From NCBI RefSeq assembly GCF_902713615.1, contig NC_052158.1, forward strand, positions 43,611,159-43,675,158: a DNA stretch of 64,000 bases, in the 5' to 3' direction. The stretch's first letter is position 1, and the number at the start of each line of letters is the position of its first letter. A program made the position numbers and the translations under genes. The notes beneath the pieces were generated by a model. That model worked only from the letters and a program-made list of their open reading frames with translations, had not been told where the DNA came from and ran no database searches. Origin of the DNA: Scyliorhinus canicula (taxonomy: Eukaryota). Of the stretch, positions 1-11,917 are shown one piece after another.

Positions 1-397
1 TTTACGTCGTACAAAGTGCATTTTTCAGGTGAAAGAAGTGATCTACCTTGGTTATTGGGCGGACCACTAAGGTAGCACTCCGTCGTGGAGAAGGTGCGCG
101 TAATCCAACAGCCCCCCCCCCCCCCCCCCCCCCCCTCCCCCCGATGGATGCTTCATTCTTGTCTTGGCCTCGTAAATTACTAGGGGAAGTTTCTCCCCAA
201 TCTGGTGACCACGTTGGCCCTATTACACCTTCTGTTGAAGAAGAATCACGCCCCATCCGGCATGTTGTGTTCACAACACACAGCCTGATGTCAAAAGAGA
301 CCACGCCATCCTTCGCCAGGGTCTTCGGCGGATTCTTCGGTTTTTGGGGGAGGTGGGATGTTATAACCTGCCTGGATCCTATTGGCAGGGGCCAATA
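1..397 (+). mobile_element. Degenerate Gypsy/Ty3 pol (RT) fragment, possibly followed by PPT and start of 3' LTR
   Basis: Broken translation LRRTKCIFQVKEVIYLGY...VEKVRVIQQ...LGLVNY*GKFLPNL..LLLKKN matches the C-terminal part of Gypsy RT. A purine run GGGGGAGGTGGGA precedes TGTTATA at ~359. Confidence 0.65.
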
Positions 398-660
398 GAA
401 AGAGAAAATGCTGGGAAATCTAAGCAGGTCTGGCAGCATCTATAGGGAGAGAAAAGAGCTAATGTTTCGAGTCCAATGACACTTTGTCAAAGCTAACACA
501 AAGATAGTGGGAAATATTTATACTGTGGAGTGAGAATGAAAGATGAGTCATAGCCACAGAAATCCAGGGAAACAGGGTGCTAATGGCCACAGAAACCAAG
601 GGGAAAGAGTGTTAATGGCAGTCCCCAGTGAGGACAAAAGATGTGAAAGGTCGAACAGTT
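398..660 (-). mobile_element. Penelope-like element terminal fragment with degenerate hammerhead-like motif
   Basis: Minus strand reads TTTGACAAAGTGTCATTGGACTCGAAACATTAGC...GATGCTGCCAGACCTGC; homologous to 51300-51440 and 18005-18210. Confidence 0.55.
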
Positions 661-687
661 TCTCTGGTGTTTTCTTTCTTGTTCCCT

Positions 688-985
688 GGTGGAGAATTCT
701 AGAATCATGAGACATAGATTCAAGATAAGAAGGTGTAAAGAGGTCGTGAGGGAAAACCTTTTTACGCAGAGGGTAGTGGGAGTCTGGAATTCGCTGCCCG
801 AGTTGGTGGTAGAGGTAGAGACCCTAAGCTCTTTCAAATGTACCTGGATCTGCACCTTAAATGCTCTTAAGCTATAGGACTATGGACCGGGGGCAGGAAG
901 GTGGGAAAGAAAGAGCATCTGGGTATTCTTGGGCTGGCATGGACAAGAATGGCCTCCTTCTGTGCTGTATCTTTTCTATGATTTT
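688..985 (+). mobile_element. CR1-type LINE 3' fragment
   Basis: RHRFKIRRCKEVVRENLFTQRVVGVWNSLP is a CR1 ORF2 C-terminus, followed by the tail ending TTCTATGATT. Confidence 0.8.
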
Positions 986-1009
986 AAGTTACTTTCTGTT
1001 TGATGCTAC

Positions 1010-1335
1010 AAACTTGTGCTGGATTCTTCGTGGCCCTCACAAAAGGATATGCTGATAGGGTGAGAAGGGGCACGTGTGATGCACCAACACCAGCATGGAG
1101 CAATTGGGCTGAATGGCCTGATTCTGCTCTGTAATTCTATGTATGTAACTTTTTGTGGGTGGATTTGAACTCTCAATCTCTGGATTGCTAACCCAGCACC
1201 GGAGCAACTCAGCTGCCATACCTGGAGATACATTTATTGAAATTTATTTTAATATCTTCCTTAAAGAATTTACCAGAAGGCCCTGGCCGTTCTGAAAAGC
1301 CTGGGCTTGGATTTGATCATTTAGCCCAGTGTTGT
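1010..1335 (+). repeat. Orphan paralogous fragment of ZNF-gene intron (empty site for the L1 at 32041-35993)
   Basis: Its reverse complement aligns across 31950-32040 joined to 36008-36230 with no L1 in between; also homologous to 23190-23390. Confidence 0.7.
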
Positions 1336-1718
1336 GTCTGAAAGCTGAATTTGCGATGTGCAATCTGAGTGAGTGCAGTATCTAATTGTAATGATATCTA
1401 GTATATAATTTTGTATATATAGTATATCATCTTTATATATATATATATATATGAATGATCTTGTAGAATAGTGTGTAATTACAGCATCTAGCCACTAGAT
1501 GGAGGACGAGCACATCTCACAACCTACACGGTGGTCCACATTATCTTGGGAGTGAGTTAACAGAGAAGCTTGAAGACAGTAGTGTTTTTCAGCAGTTCTG
1601 TGTATTGTAGTTATTTGATTTAATACTTTAGTTTTTTTGGCATACTTAAGAATTCACAATTTATAGCATAGTGTAAATAAATTAACTTTGATTTAGTTCA
1701 AAGTCTGCATGTTCTAGC

Positions 1719-1930
1719 GGGCAGCACGGTAGCGCAATGGTTAGCACTGCTGCCTCACTGCGCCGAGATCCAGGTTCCGTCACGGCCCTGGGTCACTGCT
1801 CGTGTGGAGTTTGCACATTCTTCCTGTGTCTGCATGGGTCTCATTCCCACAACCCAAACAGATGTGCAGGGTAGGTGAATTTGCCACGCTAAATTGCCCC
1901 TTAATTGGAAAAAAAGAATTAGGTACTGTA
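1719..1930 (+). mobile_element. HE1/V-type tRNA-derived SINE inserted in the LTR
   Basis: GGGCAGCACGGTAGC head and central V-domain; TCTGCATGTTCT occurs both before the SINE and at ~1980. Confidence 0.85.
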
Positions 1931-3244
1931 GAAGTCAACAGTTGACTTCTCCAGGAACTCTACATTTATAAAACAAAAATCTGCATGTTCTTTGTAGCAA
2001 CACTGCAACCTTAATAATAATTTAAGCAACATGGTACCAGGACATGGGTGTCAGAAAGAAAGGAGTATTTAGATCTCGCAATTCAACAGAAAACATTGAA
2101 GAAAGAAAACGCTGTGCGGAAATCGAAAAATCCAAAGAAAAATGCGAATAAATTAGCATACCTTGTAGCAGACAAAAGATGGTAGGCTTGAAGACTCCAC
2201 AATACCTGTGCACATTGGGTAACGTAGATGTGAACTGGCGTGTTTTCCAACAGCAGTTTACGCTGTATGTACAGGCTCTTGGCTCACAAGATGCCTCGAT
2301 CGAGAGAAAAATTACACTTTTTTAAAAAAGTAGCGGGTCCCCAGGCAATCTTTTCAATTTGACACGGAGGAGGACAAAAAGAGCTATTAGAAGGTAATAT
2401 AGCAATTTGAGCAACATTGTAACCCTCAGACTAACAAAGGTGTATATAAAAGGTATATTTTTCAAATGCTTGTGCAGAAAACGGGCGAAACAATAGATAG
2501 CTTTGTCACAGATCTGAAGTTAAACGCGCAGACCTGCAATTTCGCAGAGCTACATGATTCCTCAGTCAGAGACCAGATTGTGTATGGCCTCCAGAGCGAT
2601 AAACTTTGTGAACGTCTGTTTAGAGAATCCGAATTAAAGCACGCTGATGCAATTAAAATATGCAAAACAAGCCAAGAAGTATTGAAAAGAAAACCGGAGA
2701 TTCATCTCCATGAAAATGGCACAAAAACAGCAGCTTCCAGCAATGACATTAATGCTGTGTTGCAGGTCAACCAAAAACGTGGTCCAAGTGGCCATTTAGA
2801 AAAAAAGTTGAAGCCACCATTTTGTGTAAGAGGAAAGACTAACCCTCTACGAAAATGTTCTGCATTTGGAAAAATATGTGCCAAATGTGGCAAAAAGAAC
2901 AATTTTGCACAACAATACATGTCAGTGAGTTGCAACAAGCGACAAAGGCTAATGAAATCCATAAAATGCAAAAGATAAAAAATACATCAGTGACAGATTA
3001 ACTGAAAACAAGCAATATGTAGCTGAAAATATGGCTCTAAGACTAGACGATACATTTTTGTGGGTGTCATACACACCACTGAAGAATCGAAAATAGGAAA
3101 AACTTTAAAAGAAATCTCAAAAGTCAAAAATACGGATGATTGTACAAATCTGATAATAATCAATAAAACTCTAATTGATATGAAACGTTACTGGCGCTAG
3201 AGCAAATCTAATAAATCAAGACGATATATAAAAAACTTATTTAG

Positions 3245-3560
3245 CACAGTTGTTTCACAGCTTCAGGGTCCCAAGTTCGATTCCCAGCTTGGGTCACTGT
3301 CAGTCCAGAGTTTGCACGTTCGCCTTGTGTCTGCATGGGTTTCCTCTGGGTGCTCTGGTTTCCTCCCACAGTCCAAAGATGTGCAGGTTAGGTGGATTGG
3401 CCATGATAAATTGCCCTTAAATTTCCAAAAAAGGTTAGGTGGGGTTACTGGGTTTCGGGCATAGGGTAGAGGCATGGGTTTAAGTGGGATGCTCTTTCCA
3501 AGGGCCAGTGCAGACACAATGGGCTGAATGGCCTCCTTCTGCATTGTAAATTATATGATA
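3245..3560 (+). mobile_element. HE1-type SINE (5' truncated)
   Basis: Shared core GGTTTCCTC..TCCCACAGTCCAAAGATGTGCAGGTTAGGTGGATTGGCC and CR1-like tail. Confidence 0.85.
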
Positions 3561-3941
3561 AGACAAATAGCGACCTTTGGAACCTACAAACTGCAGATCG
3601 AAGTTGAGCAACAAAGATTTTTCAGCAGGTTTGCAAGTGTACAAGCAAATAAAGTGTCCTAATTAGGTGCTAAAACATACAAGAAATTACAGCTAATGCA
3701 GCGAGTAGATAGCGCAGACTGTATATAACTGGCACGCAAGACGATCACAGATGTAAAGTTAGCACAGGCTCAAAACGATAAATTCCATCAACTGGCTAGC
3801 CTTTCACAGACAGGGAACAGAAGATTCCACTAAGCTGATGATGGACCGAGAAGATACGAGAGAGTGAAACGATACAGAATTTTCATGTGTGAAGTCGACA
3901 AGCACAACAGAATTTTCAAAAGAAATCCTGCGAGAGCTTTT

Positions 3942-5838
3942 TTTTAACGCATTTTATTCAAACTTGTATCAAAGTAGGTTACAGCAAATCAACACCCCGG
4001 GAAACATTCTTCCCAACAATCAGCTATACAGTTTGTACAGAGTTTTCTTCTTTTTCACCCCCCCCCCCCCCACCCCTCTGCGACGAACAGCTCCTCAAAC
4101 ACGGTCACAAACATGTCCAACCTTTTCTCAAACTCCCCTGCTGAGCCCCTTAACTCAAACTTTATTTTCTCTAACCGCAGGAAGTCATACAGCTGCCACC
4201 CCCGGTGGCGATGCCGACTACCGCTACAGCAAAATTTGTCGCCATGCAATCAGGCGAAGACCATGACATCAGCTATCCTCCTCTCCATGAGCTCCGGCTA
4301 CTCTGAAACCTCAAATATTGCCACCAAAGGGTCTGGGTCCACCTCCTCCTCAGCTGTCCTGGCTAAGACCGCAAACACTCCCGCCCAGAATCTTCCCAAT
4401 TTTTCACAATCTCAAAACATGTGCGCGTGATTCGCTGGCCCCCGCCCACACCTCTTACACTCATCTGCTAGCCCCTGAAAGAACCCACTCATTCTCACCC
4501 GAGTCATATGCACCCTGTGCACCACCTTAAACTGTATCAGGCTCATCCTTGCACAGGAGGAGGTCCCATTCACCCTTCGCCTCACTCCATTCTCCCCAAT
4601 TGATCTCCACTCCCAACTCCACTTCCCATTTCTCCTTGATCTTCACCACCTGCTCGCCTCCCTGCTCCCCCAGCCACTTGTATATATCCCTAATTCTTCC
4701 CTCCCCTTCCACACGCAGAAGCAGCAGTCGCTCCAGCAGGGTGTATCCCGGCAAACTAGGGAACCCCTTCCAGACCTTTCGTACAAAGTCCCTAACCTGC
4801 AGATATATGAGCTCACTCCCCCTCGGCAGCTCTACCCTCTCCGGGTCCCTCCAGACTGGTGAACCCTTCCTCCAAATTCAAATCCCTCACCTTGACCAGC
4901 CCCACTTCCCTCCACCTCCTGTATTCACTATCCATCCTCCTGGCTCAAACCCATGATTCTCGCACAGCGGCGTTTACACCGACATCATTTCCTAAAATGT
5001 CTCCTCAGCTGATTCCACATCTTCACTGTGGACTGCACCACTGCGCTCCCTGAATATCTACTCGGAGACATTGGCAATGCTGCTGCCACCATAACTCTCT
5101 AACTAGACACCTTACAAGATTCCTCCTCCATCCTAACCCACTCTACTCCTTCTCCTTCCCACCACCGCCGCTTGTCCACATTCGCCGCCCAATAATAATG
5201 AAGCAAGTGTGACAACGCCAAACCCCCCCTGCTGCCTGTGCCTCTGTAGCAGGCTCCTCCCCACCCTTGGCACCTTCCCTGCCCATACAAAGTCAGAGAT
5301 GATTGTGTCCACTTTCCGATAAAAGGCCTTTGGTATAAAGATCGGGAGAGCCTGAAAGCTAAACAAGAACTTCGGCAGAATATTCATTTTCACCACTTGT
5401 CCCTCCCCGCCAACGTTAGGTGCAGTGTATACCACCTCTTAAAATCCTCCCTGGCCTCCTCCACCAGCTTTGTTAAGTTTCACTTATGGAGCCCCGTCCA
5501 TTCCCTCGCTACCTGAATCCCCAAATACCTAAACCTATCCCTCACTACCGTAAATGGCACCCCCCCTAAATTAGCTCGCTGTCCCAGCTCATTCACTGGG
5601 AATACCTCACTTGTCCCTCCCCACGCCAAACCTCCCCAGCAAGCCCATAATTCTTCCCATACTCTCCAATGGATCCGAAACATACAGCAAGAGGTCATTG
5701 GCATAGAGCAACACCCGATGCTCCCTCTGTTGCCTCATTATCCCGTCACTCTGCCAACCCCGTGAGAGCCATCGCCAGTGGCTCTATGGCCAGCGCAAAC
5801 AGCAATGGCGACAGCGGGCATCCCTGCCATGTACCCCT
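3942..5838 (-). mobile_element. 5'-truncated L1-clade LINE with 14-bp TSD, inserted in the Gypsy element
   Basis: TSD CTGCGAGAGCTTTT at 3928-3941 and 5839-5852, canonical TT/AAAA site on the minus strand, poly(A) at ~3942, and ORF2 remnants (MNILPKFLFSFQALPIFIPKAF; GTWQGCPLSPLL) with frameshifts. Confidence 0.9.
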
Positions 5839-6003
5839 CTGCGAGAGCTTTTAAAGGGAAACCAGATTGCGGTTTCCACCTACGCATCTTTGGATTGTGG
5901 GAGGAAATTGGAGCACCCGGAGGAAACCTTGATTAGACCACACTTGGAGAGCTGTGCAGTTCAGATCAACATACTGAAAAAAGACAGAAAGGAACTTGAG
6001 AAG

Positions 6004-6330
6004 GTGGCACAGTAGTTAGCACTGCTGCCTCACAACTCCAGGGATTCGAGTTCAGTTCCAGCCTTGGGCCACTGTCTGTGTGGAGTTTGCACGTTCTCCC
6101 CGTGTCTGTATAGGTTTCCTCCGGGTGCTCTGGTTTCCTCCCACAACGCAAAGATGTGTAGGTGGATTGGCTACGCTAAATTGCCCTTTAGTGTCCAAAG
6201 ATGTGCAGGTTTGGTGGGGTTGTGGGGATAGAGCAGAAGAGTGGGCCTAGGTACAGTGCTCTTTCAGAGGGTCGGTACAGGCTCAATGGACTAAATGGCC
6301 TCCTGCACTGTAGGAATTCTATGGTTTCTA
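6004..6330 (+). mobile_element. HE1-type SINE
   Basis: GGTGGCACAGTAGTTAGCACTGCTGCCTCAC head, V-domain and tail. Confidence 0.85.
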
Positions 6331-6558
6331 ATCTATGGTTCTAAATAGCAAAAACAGATAAGGATTATATTGAGAATGGAGATGTTGTAACTATGGTGAA
6401 AAGAAAAAGCTGAGGGGGGGCAGCATAGAAATGTGAAGCAGGATGAATTGGAAAATTAAGAATTTGGGAATGAATGGAGAGAAGCTGTTCCCACTTGTGT
6501 GGGGGTCTTTTATTACACTTTTTGATAGTATGTTTGATATACTACTGCGTGTAATATG

Positions 6559-8040
6559 TGTTACTCAAATCTCTTGTTGATGAGGTTTTCCGAATCTTGA
6601 TGAAGAAGACTCAAACTCGTCCAGTAGTAACAAAAGGTTTATTGAGTAACTATAACAATAATTGTGTGAGTTCTTTACTTTAACATGAATATTAGTGATA
6701 AAGTCAACAAGATCTAAATACAGTATCTCTGCTTAACTACACTAACTATTTGAGCTAATCTTATACTCCTGTCCTGGTCACAGTACACCCGAAAGAGAGA
6801 GAGAGAAAGGCACAATGCGGTTGCTTTTATACCCCTGTTGGTACTCCCTCTAGTGATCATCTGGTGCTACTGATTACGCATTAACCTCTTATGTACATGC
6901 ACATACAGAAATCACTACATTCCCCCCTTTTTTGTTACATATTTTCTGTATGGTGTAAAGAAAATTGAACAGACATATTGGATGCAGTTTGCAAATGCAT
7001 TACATAAAATCAATGAGTTAATCAGTCAAATGTTGATACATTTAGTCTCTTAGGTCTCTTTATTTCTTCCGTTTTCTTGTGTTCAGTACCAACAAGTCAT
7101 CATGAGGTGTTCAAATGGTTGAATCTCTTTGTTGTCTGATCTTGACCTTTTTTCCTTTTTGTGCTTGTGGTATCAATTCAGTATATCATTTGCCTTAACC
7201 ACTGTTTTGCTTCTTTGTCTTGGAGCAAATGCGAATTTGTGAAATTTTTTGTTATGCCATGTGATGTTTGTACTCTTGCCATTGTTTTGGACTGTGCTGT
7301 TGCATTGTCCTTCATGTGCAGAGTTGTACCATGTTGTACAGGTTGTTGTTTCTGTTGTTGCCTTTGTTGTTCTTTTCATTGTTTTTCTTTTCATTGTGCT
7401 CAATGACTGTTCCTTGTGGATAATTTGAGTCATTCTCAAAGTTATTGGTATCAGTGTGGTATCTGATGTTTCATTGAGCTTTTGAACTGAAGTTTGTGAG
7501 AACGATCTGGTGTTGCATTGATCTTGGTGACATCAGTCATTTCTGGTTGATTTTATTCCTCTTTGCTTCCTTGGTGCTCCTCTTCTGGAGTCATTTCTGG
7601 TTGATCTGCTTCATCTGTGATCTCTTGGTGCCCCTCTTCAGGAGTCAACATCTTCAAGATTTCAGTTTCTTGTAGGTTGTCAAGATGTTTTAATTGATCT
7701 GGTCTCATGAGTAGTTTTACTTTGCTTGTTGAGTTCTTTGGTACAGACGAACTGTGATCTATCAGTCTCGCTATGATCTTGCACATCTTGTAAGTGAATT
7801 ATGATGTCTTTGTTACATGTCTCACATACGGTGGTGAGCAGACTCTCATTGTCTTCTTATTGTTGCTCAAATAAGGTATATAGATCTTCATATACTCCCA
7901 TCCTGGTCACAGTACACCCAAAAGAGAGAAAGGCCCAATGCGGTTGCTTTTATACCCCTGTTGTTATTCCCTCTAGTGCTCATCTGGTGCTACTGATTAC
8001 ACATTAACCCCTTATGTACATGCATATAGAGATCACTACA
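6559..8040 (-). mobile_element. Internally deleted Gypsy-type LTR element (3' LTR 6559-6919, PPT 6920-6933, partial 5' LTR 7888-8040)
   Basis: Two similar LTR copies start TGTAGTGAT on the minus strand; PPT AAAAAAGGGGGGAA directly precedes the full LTR, which ends GAGTAACA. Confidence 0.8.
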
Positions 8041-8200
8041 GAGGAGTCCAAAACTGGGGTCCAGAAATATAGAATGGTCAATAATAAATCCAATGAGGAA
8101 TTCAGAAGAAACTCCTTTCCCAGGATAATGGTTAGAACGTGGAACCTGCTCCCACAGGGAATGGTTGCGACAAATAGGTGTGGTGAATGTACATCATGTA
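8041..8200 (+). mobile_element. CR1 3' fragment
   Basis: YRMVNNKSNEEFRRNSFPRIMVRTWNLLPQ resembles a CR1 ORF2 C-terminus. Confidence 0.65.
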
Positions 8201-8208
8201 ATTCACAC

Positions 8209-8480
8209 TGTATAGTATTGCATTCACACTGTATAGCATTGTGTCCTTGTGGGCTCTGTCTGTGAGCCATTGCGTGGCTCTGCCCACAGGGGGAGATGAG
8301 GAGCTTGTACAGGGCTCCACCCTCGGCTCCGCCCATGGCCCCTCCCACTACCGGAAGAATAAAGTGCTGCAGCCTTGTGAGTCTGCCCTCAGTTCTTCTG
8401 GTTGCAGGCAGGCTTAGTTGTAAGTCTATTAAAACCACTGTTTACTTCCTATCGTGTTTCGAGTAAATTGATGGTCACAT
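8209..8480 (+). mobile_element. Solo LTR (Gypsy-type)
   Basis: TG start, GC-box-like CTCCGCCC, TATA-position AATAAAG, ATTAAA signal and end AATTGATGGTCACAT, similar to the end of the LTR at 60458-60685. Confidence 0.6.
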
Positions 8481-8659
8481 AGTAAGTTAGATGGGAAGCC
8501 AGGTAACTAGATGAGGGAGAAAGGAATAGATGGGTCTGCTAATAGGGTGAGATAAAATGGGTAGAGAGAAAGCTGCTGTGGAGCATAGGCATCGAGAGAA
8601 TGTAGATGGGCTGAATTTTCTTTTCAGTGCTTTAAAAATTGGACTCAAGTTGCTCCTCC

Positions 8660-9480
8660 AATCTGTGTATGTGCTGATCCCACTTCTGTCCATCATCACT
8701 GCCTTGGATGCTGTGGGTCTTCCTCTTCTGATCTGCTGTCAAACACATCCGAGGCTACACATCCAACACTGATGTTGTCAGTTTGGAAGCCTCGGAGGAT
8801 GAAGAATGCTGTTCCCACACTAGAAATCTCTGTCAACGTTTACCAGGGGAACTGAGAACGCAGCTGCAATAAGTGACGTTTTATTCAGATGGGGAAAAAC
8901 GACAAGTTTAAATCCCCACCTGATCTGCTGCTCAAAGTCGCCTCCGTTTCCCCGGTCAGTTTCCCAAACTTCAGGAAACTCCTGTTACTGCAGAAATATT
9001 TGGATTGTCTGTGAGAGACGTCAATCAGAGAGCCCACCCACTCTGCCCATTCTCTCCTCTTCCTCTACCACAGCTGCTTCACTTCCTGTAGGGACTCAAA
9101 ACCAAGTCAGGAGATGGTGAGTGAAGGAGCACAATTTACAATCATTACATTGCACAATATCCACACTAATGTTCAGGCAGTCTGACTATCCTGTGGGCAA
9201 TCAGCTGTGGAAATGCCCCTTATGCTGTGTCAGAAGATCCAGCTCACAGACCTGTTTACTCGGTGCTTTGTGCTGAGCTGTTTGATTGGCTGTGTGTTGG
9301 ATATTCAGGGTGTTTATTGGAAGCATTTCCCTTCTGATTTACAGACTGAGTTTTGTTGATGGGTCATTGCTGAATATGAGAAGGTGAGGTGTAATTATCT
9401 GGGAGAGTCAGAGTGAGGATTCTCACTGATTTCCTATTGTTGAGTTGTGTGTGTGTGTTGTGAGCTGGTTACTATCCTGT
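8660..9480 (+). promoter_or_regulatory. Conserved 5' cassette of ZNF-A (upstream block, mini-exon, proximal intron)
   Basis: Paralogous to 41050-41860 (-), 51665-52150 (-) and 23735-24012 (-). Contains a CRE-like GACGTCA, a CCAAT-like TCAATCAG, CCCACCC, a pyrimidine tract and ETS CACTTCCTG. Confidence 0.7.
9074..9116 (+). other. 43-nt 5' mini-exon of ZNF-A ending in ATG
   Basis: Polypyrimidine tract plus CACAG acceptor, GTGAGT donor at 9117; same length in four copies. Confidence 0.75.
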
Positions 9481-9714
9481 GGACTGAATGGTCAGTTTTG
9501 TCTGTGTTGGGATCTGAATCTTTCCTGTTTTTTTCGAATACCTCCAAGACCTCCCACCCACTCTCTCTCTCTAACCTCCTCAGGAAAAAAGAAAAACTTG
9601 CACGACCACCAGATGTCCCAAAGCCCTTTACAGCCAATGAAATGCGATCACTATTGTAATTTAGGAAACATGGCAGCCGATGTGTGCACAGCAAGATCCC
9701 ACAAACAGCAATAT

Positions 9715-9985
9715 GTTAATGACCAGATGATCTTTTTTTTGTGATGTTTATTGATGGATTAATGTTCGTCAGGACAACATAACTCCCCTATTCCTCAAAA
9801 TAGTGCCATAGAATCTTTGACACCCACCTTTGAGAGGTCCAAAGTGGCCTTGGTTTAATATCGCATTTGAAAGATGACTCCTCTTCACAGTGGAGCACTG
9901 AAGTGTCAGGCTCTGTGTTCAAGACCTGCAGTGGGACTTGAACCCACAACCTTCGTGCTCAGGTGAGAGTGCTATCTCCTGAGGC
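9715..9985 (-). mobile_element. SacSINE1/Deu-type SINE
   Basis: Minus strand shows GAAGGTTGTGGGTTCAAGTCCCACT B-box head and Deu-like GATTCTATGGCACTATTTTGAGGAATAGGGGAGTT. Confidence 0.65.
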
Positions 9986-10289
9986 ACGATTGACAATCAA
10001 CCCAACCTCACAACCCTCTACGTCGGCACTCCTCCAATGTTATCTCTTCAGATTCCCGGTTTCAATCACTCCACCATCAGTGGCTGTGCTGCCTGGGTCC
10101 TTAGTTCAGGAACACACACTCTCCCCTTCTTTAAGATATTTTAAAAATCTGTCTCTTTGACCAAACATTTGGTCATCTCTCCTCTGTGGCTCACTGTTAT
10201 TATATCTGATAATTATATCTGATAATGCATCTTGATGTATTTTGTGACCTTTTCCCCTGTTATAGGTGCTGTACAAACTAAGTTATCGA

Positions 10290-10780
10290 ACCTTCTGCAA
10301 ATGGGAACAACTCTGTCAAAATCCTTCATGATTTTACACATCTCTAACAAATCTGCTCTTAACCTTCTCTGTTCTAAGGGCAACAATCCCAGCTTCTCAC
10401 ATCTATCCACATAATTGTAATCCATCAATCCTGGAGTCATTCTAGTAAATTTCTTCTGTACCCTCTTCTTCATAGAATTCATAGAATCCCTATTGAGTCT
10501 GCACTGACCTTCTGAAAGAGTAATCCACCCAAGCCTACTTCGCCGCACTATTTCTATGACCCTTTTACCTAAGCTACACATCCCTGGACCCTCGGGGACA
10601 ATTTAAAATGGCCAATCCACCTAACCTGCCCATCTTTGGACTGTGGGAATGAACTGGAGCACTTGGAGGAAACCCACGCAGACACAGGGAGAAAGTGCAA
10701 ACTCCACACAGTCACCCGAGGCCGGAATGGAGCCCAGGTCACTGGTGCTTTGAGGTGACAGTGCTAACCACTGTGCCACC
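10290..10780 (-). mobile_element. CR1 fragment (10290-10470) plus HE1-type SINE (10471-10780)
   Basis: RVQKKFTRMTPGL..EKLGLLPLEQRRLRADLLEMCKIMK; SINE head GGTGGCACAGTGGTTAGCAC on the minus strand. Confidence 0.8.
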
Positions 10781-11016
10781 ACGCCACCCACCTTCAAAAG
10801 TCGCTTGTTGAACATCCCCAGGCAGAATGAACCTCTCTCGCCAACAGGCAGACTGAATATAAAGTCTCAATGAGCAAACTGTCCAGCATCTTAATCTCTA
10901 ACACTTGGAAAGGCGCCATTAAATTCTTAAACTCGTTCACTGATGGGTAAAACTACACTAATGACACAATCTCACAGAGCGTCGATAGCCTATTTTACAC
11001 TCCACCCTCTGACTAT

Positions 11017-11665
11017 TGTCATGTGAGTGTCCATTTAAGAAAGATTTTGTCTCTTGTCATGTGACTTGTAGCACATTGGGCTGTGGCTGTGAGGTGAGAG
11101 GGGGGTACTAGTTTCAATTTAACTGCTTTGGACTGCAGAAGGAGAAAGAAGTGTTTTTCTCTGTTTTCATTTAAAAAGCTGTTCCAGTAAAAACCCAGTG
11201 GCTAACTACCTTCGTAACTTTAAAGATAGAGTTGCTTTCTGGAAGGTGTTTGAATCTGCTGGTTGGAACTGGATCAGAATTTCAGGAAAAGGACCAGTCC
11301 CATTCACATGAGAATACAGTGTGCTGGGCCACGTCCTTGAAAAGGGGTTTTGGTTTAATTAAATTTTGTTATTTAATTGGAACAGCTGAGGGGAAATTTG
11401 TTAAGTGTTATATACATAGATTACCATACCTGTGTGGTGTCTTTACGTTTGTAATTGATAAAAATTCTTGCTGTTTTATATATATATAATATATATATGT
11501 TAACTACATTCTTAGACTAAACCTTGTTTGGATTAAAGTGTCGAGGAAGTCCGATGAAACACACCTGCAATGAAAGCTTTTGTGCTCATCCTAGCCAAAT
11601 TCAACATAAAGGTTGTAGGTCAGGTGAATTTCATAGGTTTGGTGTTTCTAAGCCTTGGCCCATGA
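11017..11665 (+). mobile_element. Solo LTR in ZNF-A intron
   Basis: Starts TGTCATGTGAG, ends CCTTGGCCCATGA; absent from the paralogous introns, and intron homology resumes at GTCTTTTCCATTGCC. Confidence 0.55.
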
Positions 11666-11917
11666 AGTCTTTTCCATTGCCCTCGGAGCCTGGGAGATGA
11701 CAGGTAGGGCAAGTAGAGAGGAGGGGGGTTGGAGAGGAAAGAAAGTAGCCATTGAGGAGTCAGCCCTTTCAGCAAAGGAGGAGAGGGAGTTGGAGGAAAT
11801 CATATTTCCTTTTCCTGTTTTACAGATGGATTGCACTGTACTACACCAGAGAGTACATAGAGGATAGGCACTGCAGATAGATCCTGACCGTCACCCAAGA
11901 AACAACTGCACAACCAC

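Larger units (their letters stand above)
1462..3927 (+). mobile_element. gag: Degenerate Gypsy element: 5' LTR (~1462-2031), PBS (2032-2041), gag, protease remnants
   Basis: TGTAG...AACA LTR followed by TGGTACCAGG. gag reads MVGLKTPQYLCTLGNVDVNWRVFQQQF and ORF 2466-2978 (FVTDLKLNAQTCNF..RDQIVYG..CAKCGKKNNF). Protease-like IIINKTLIDMK..TGARANL lies near 3150-3220. Confidence 0.8.

Noticed and set aside
2-439. ORFs of 145 and 116 aa spanning the poly-C run
   Set aside because: They are off-frame readings of a decayed Gypsy RT fragment plus a homopolymer.
8795-8860. Possible C/D-box snoRNA (ATGAAGA...CTGA) in the conserved cassette
   Set aside because: The C box is imperfect and lost in the ZNF-B copy, and there is no convincing terminal stem.
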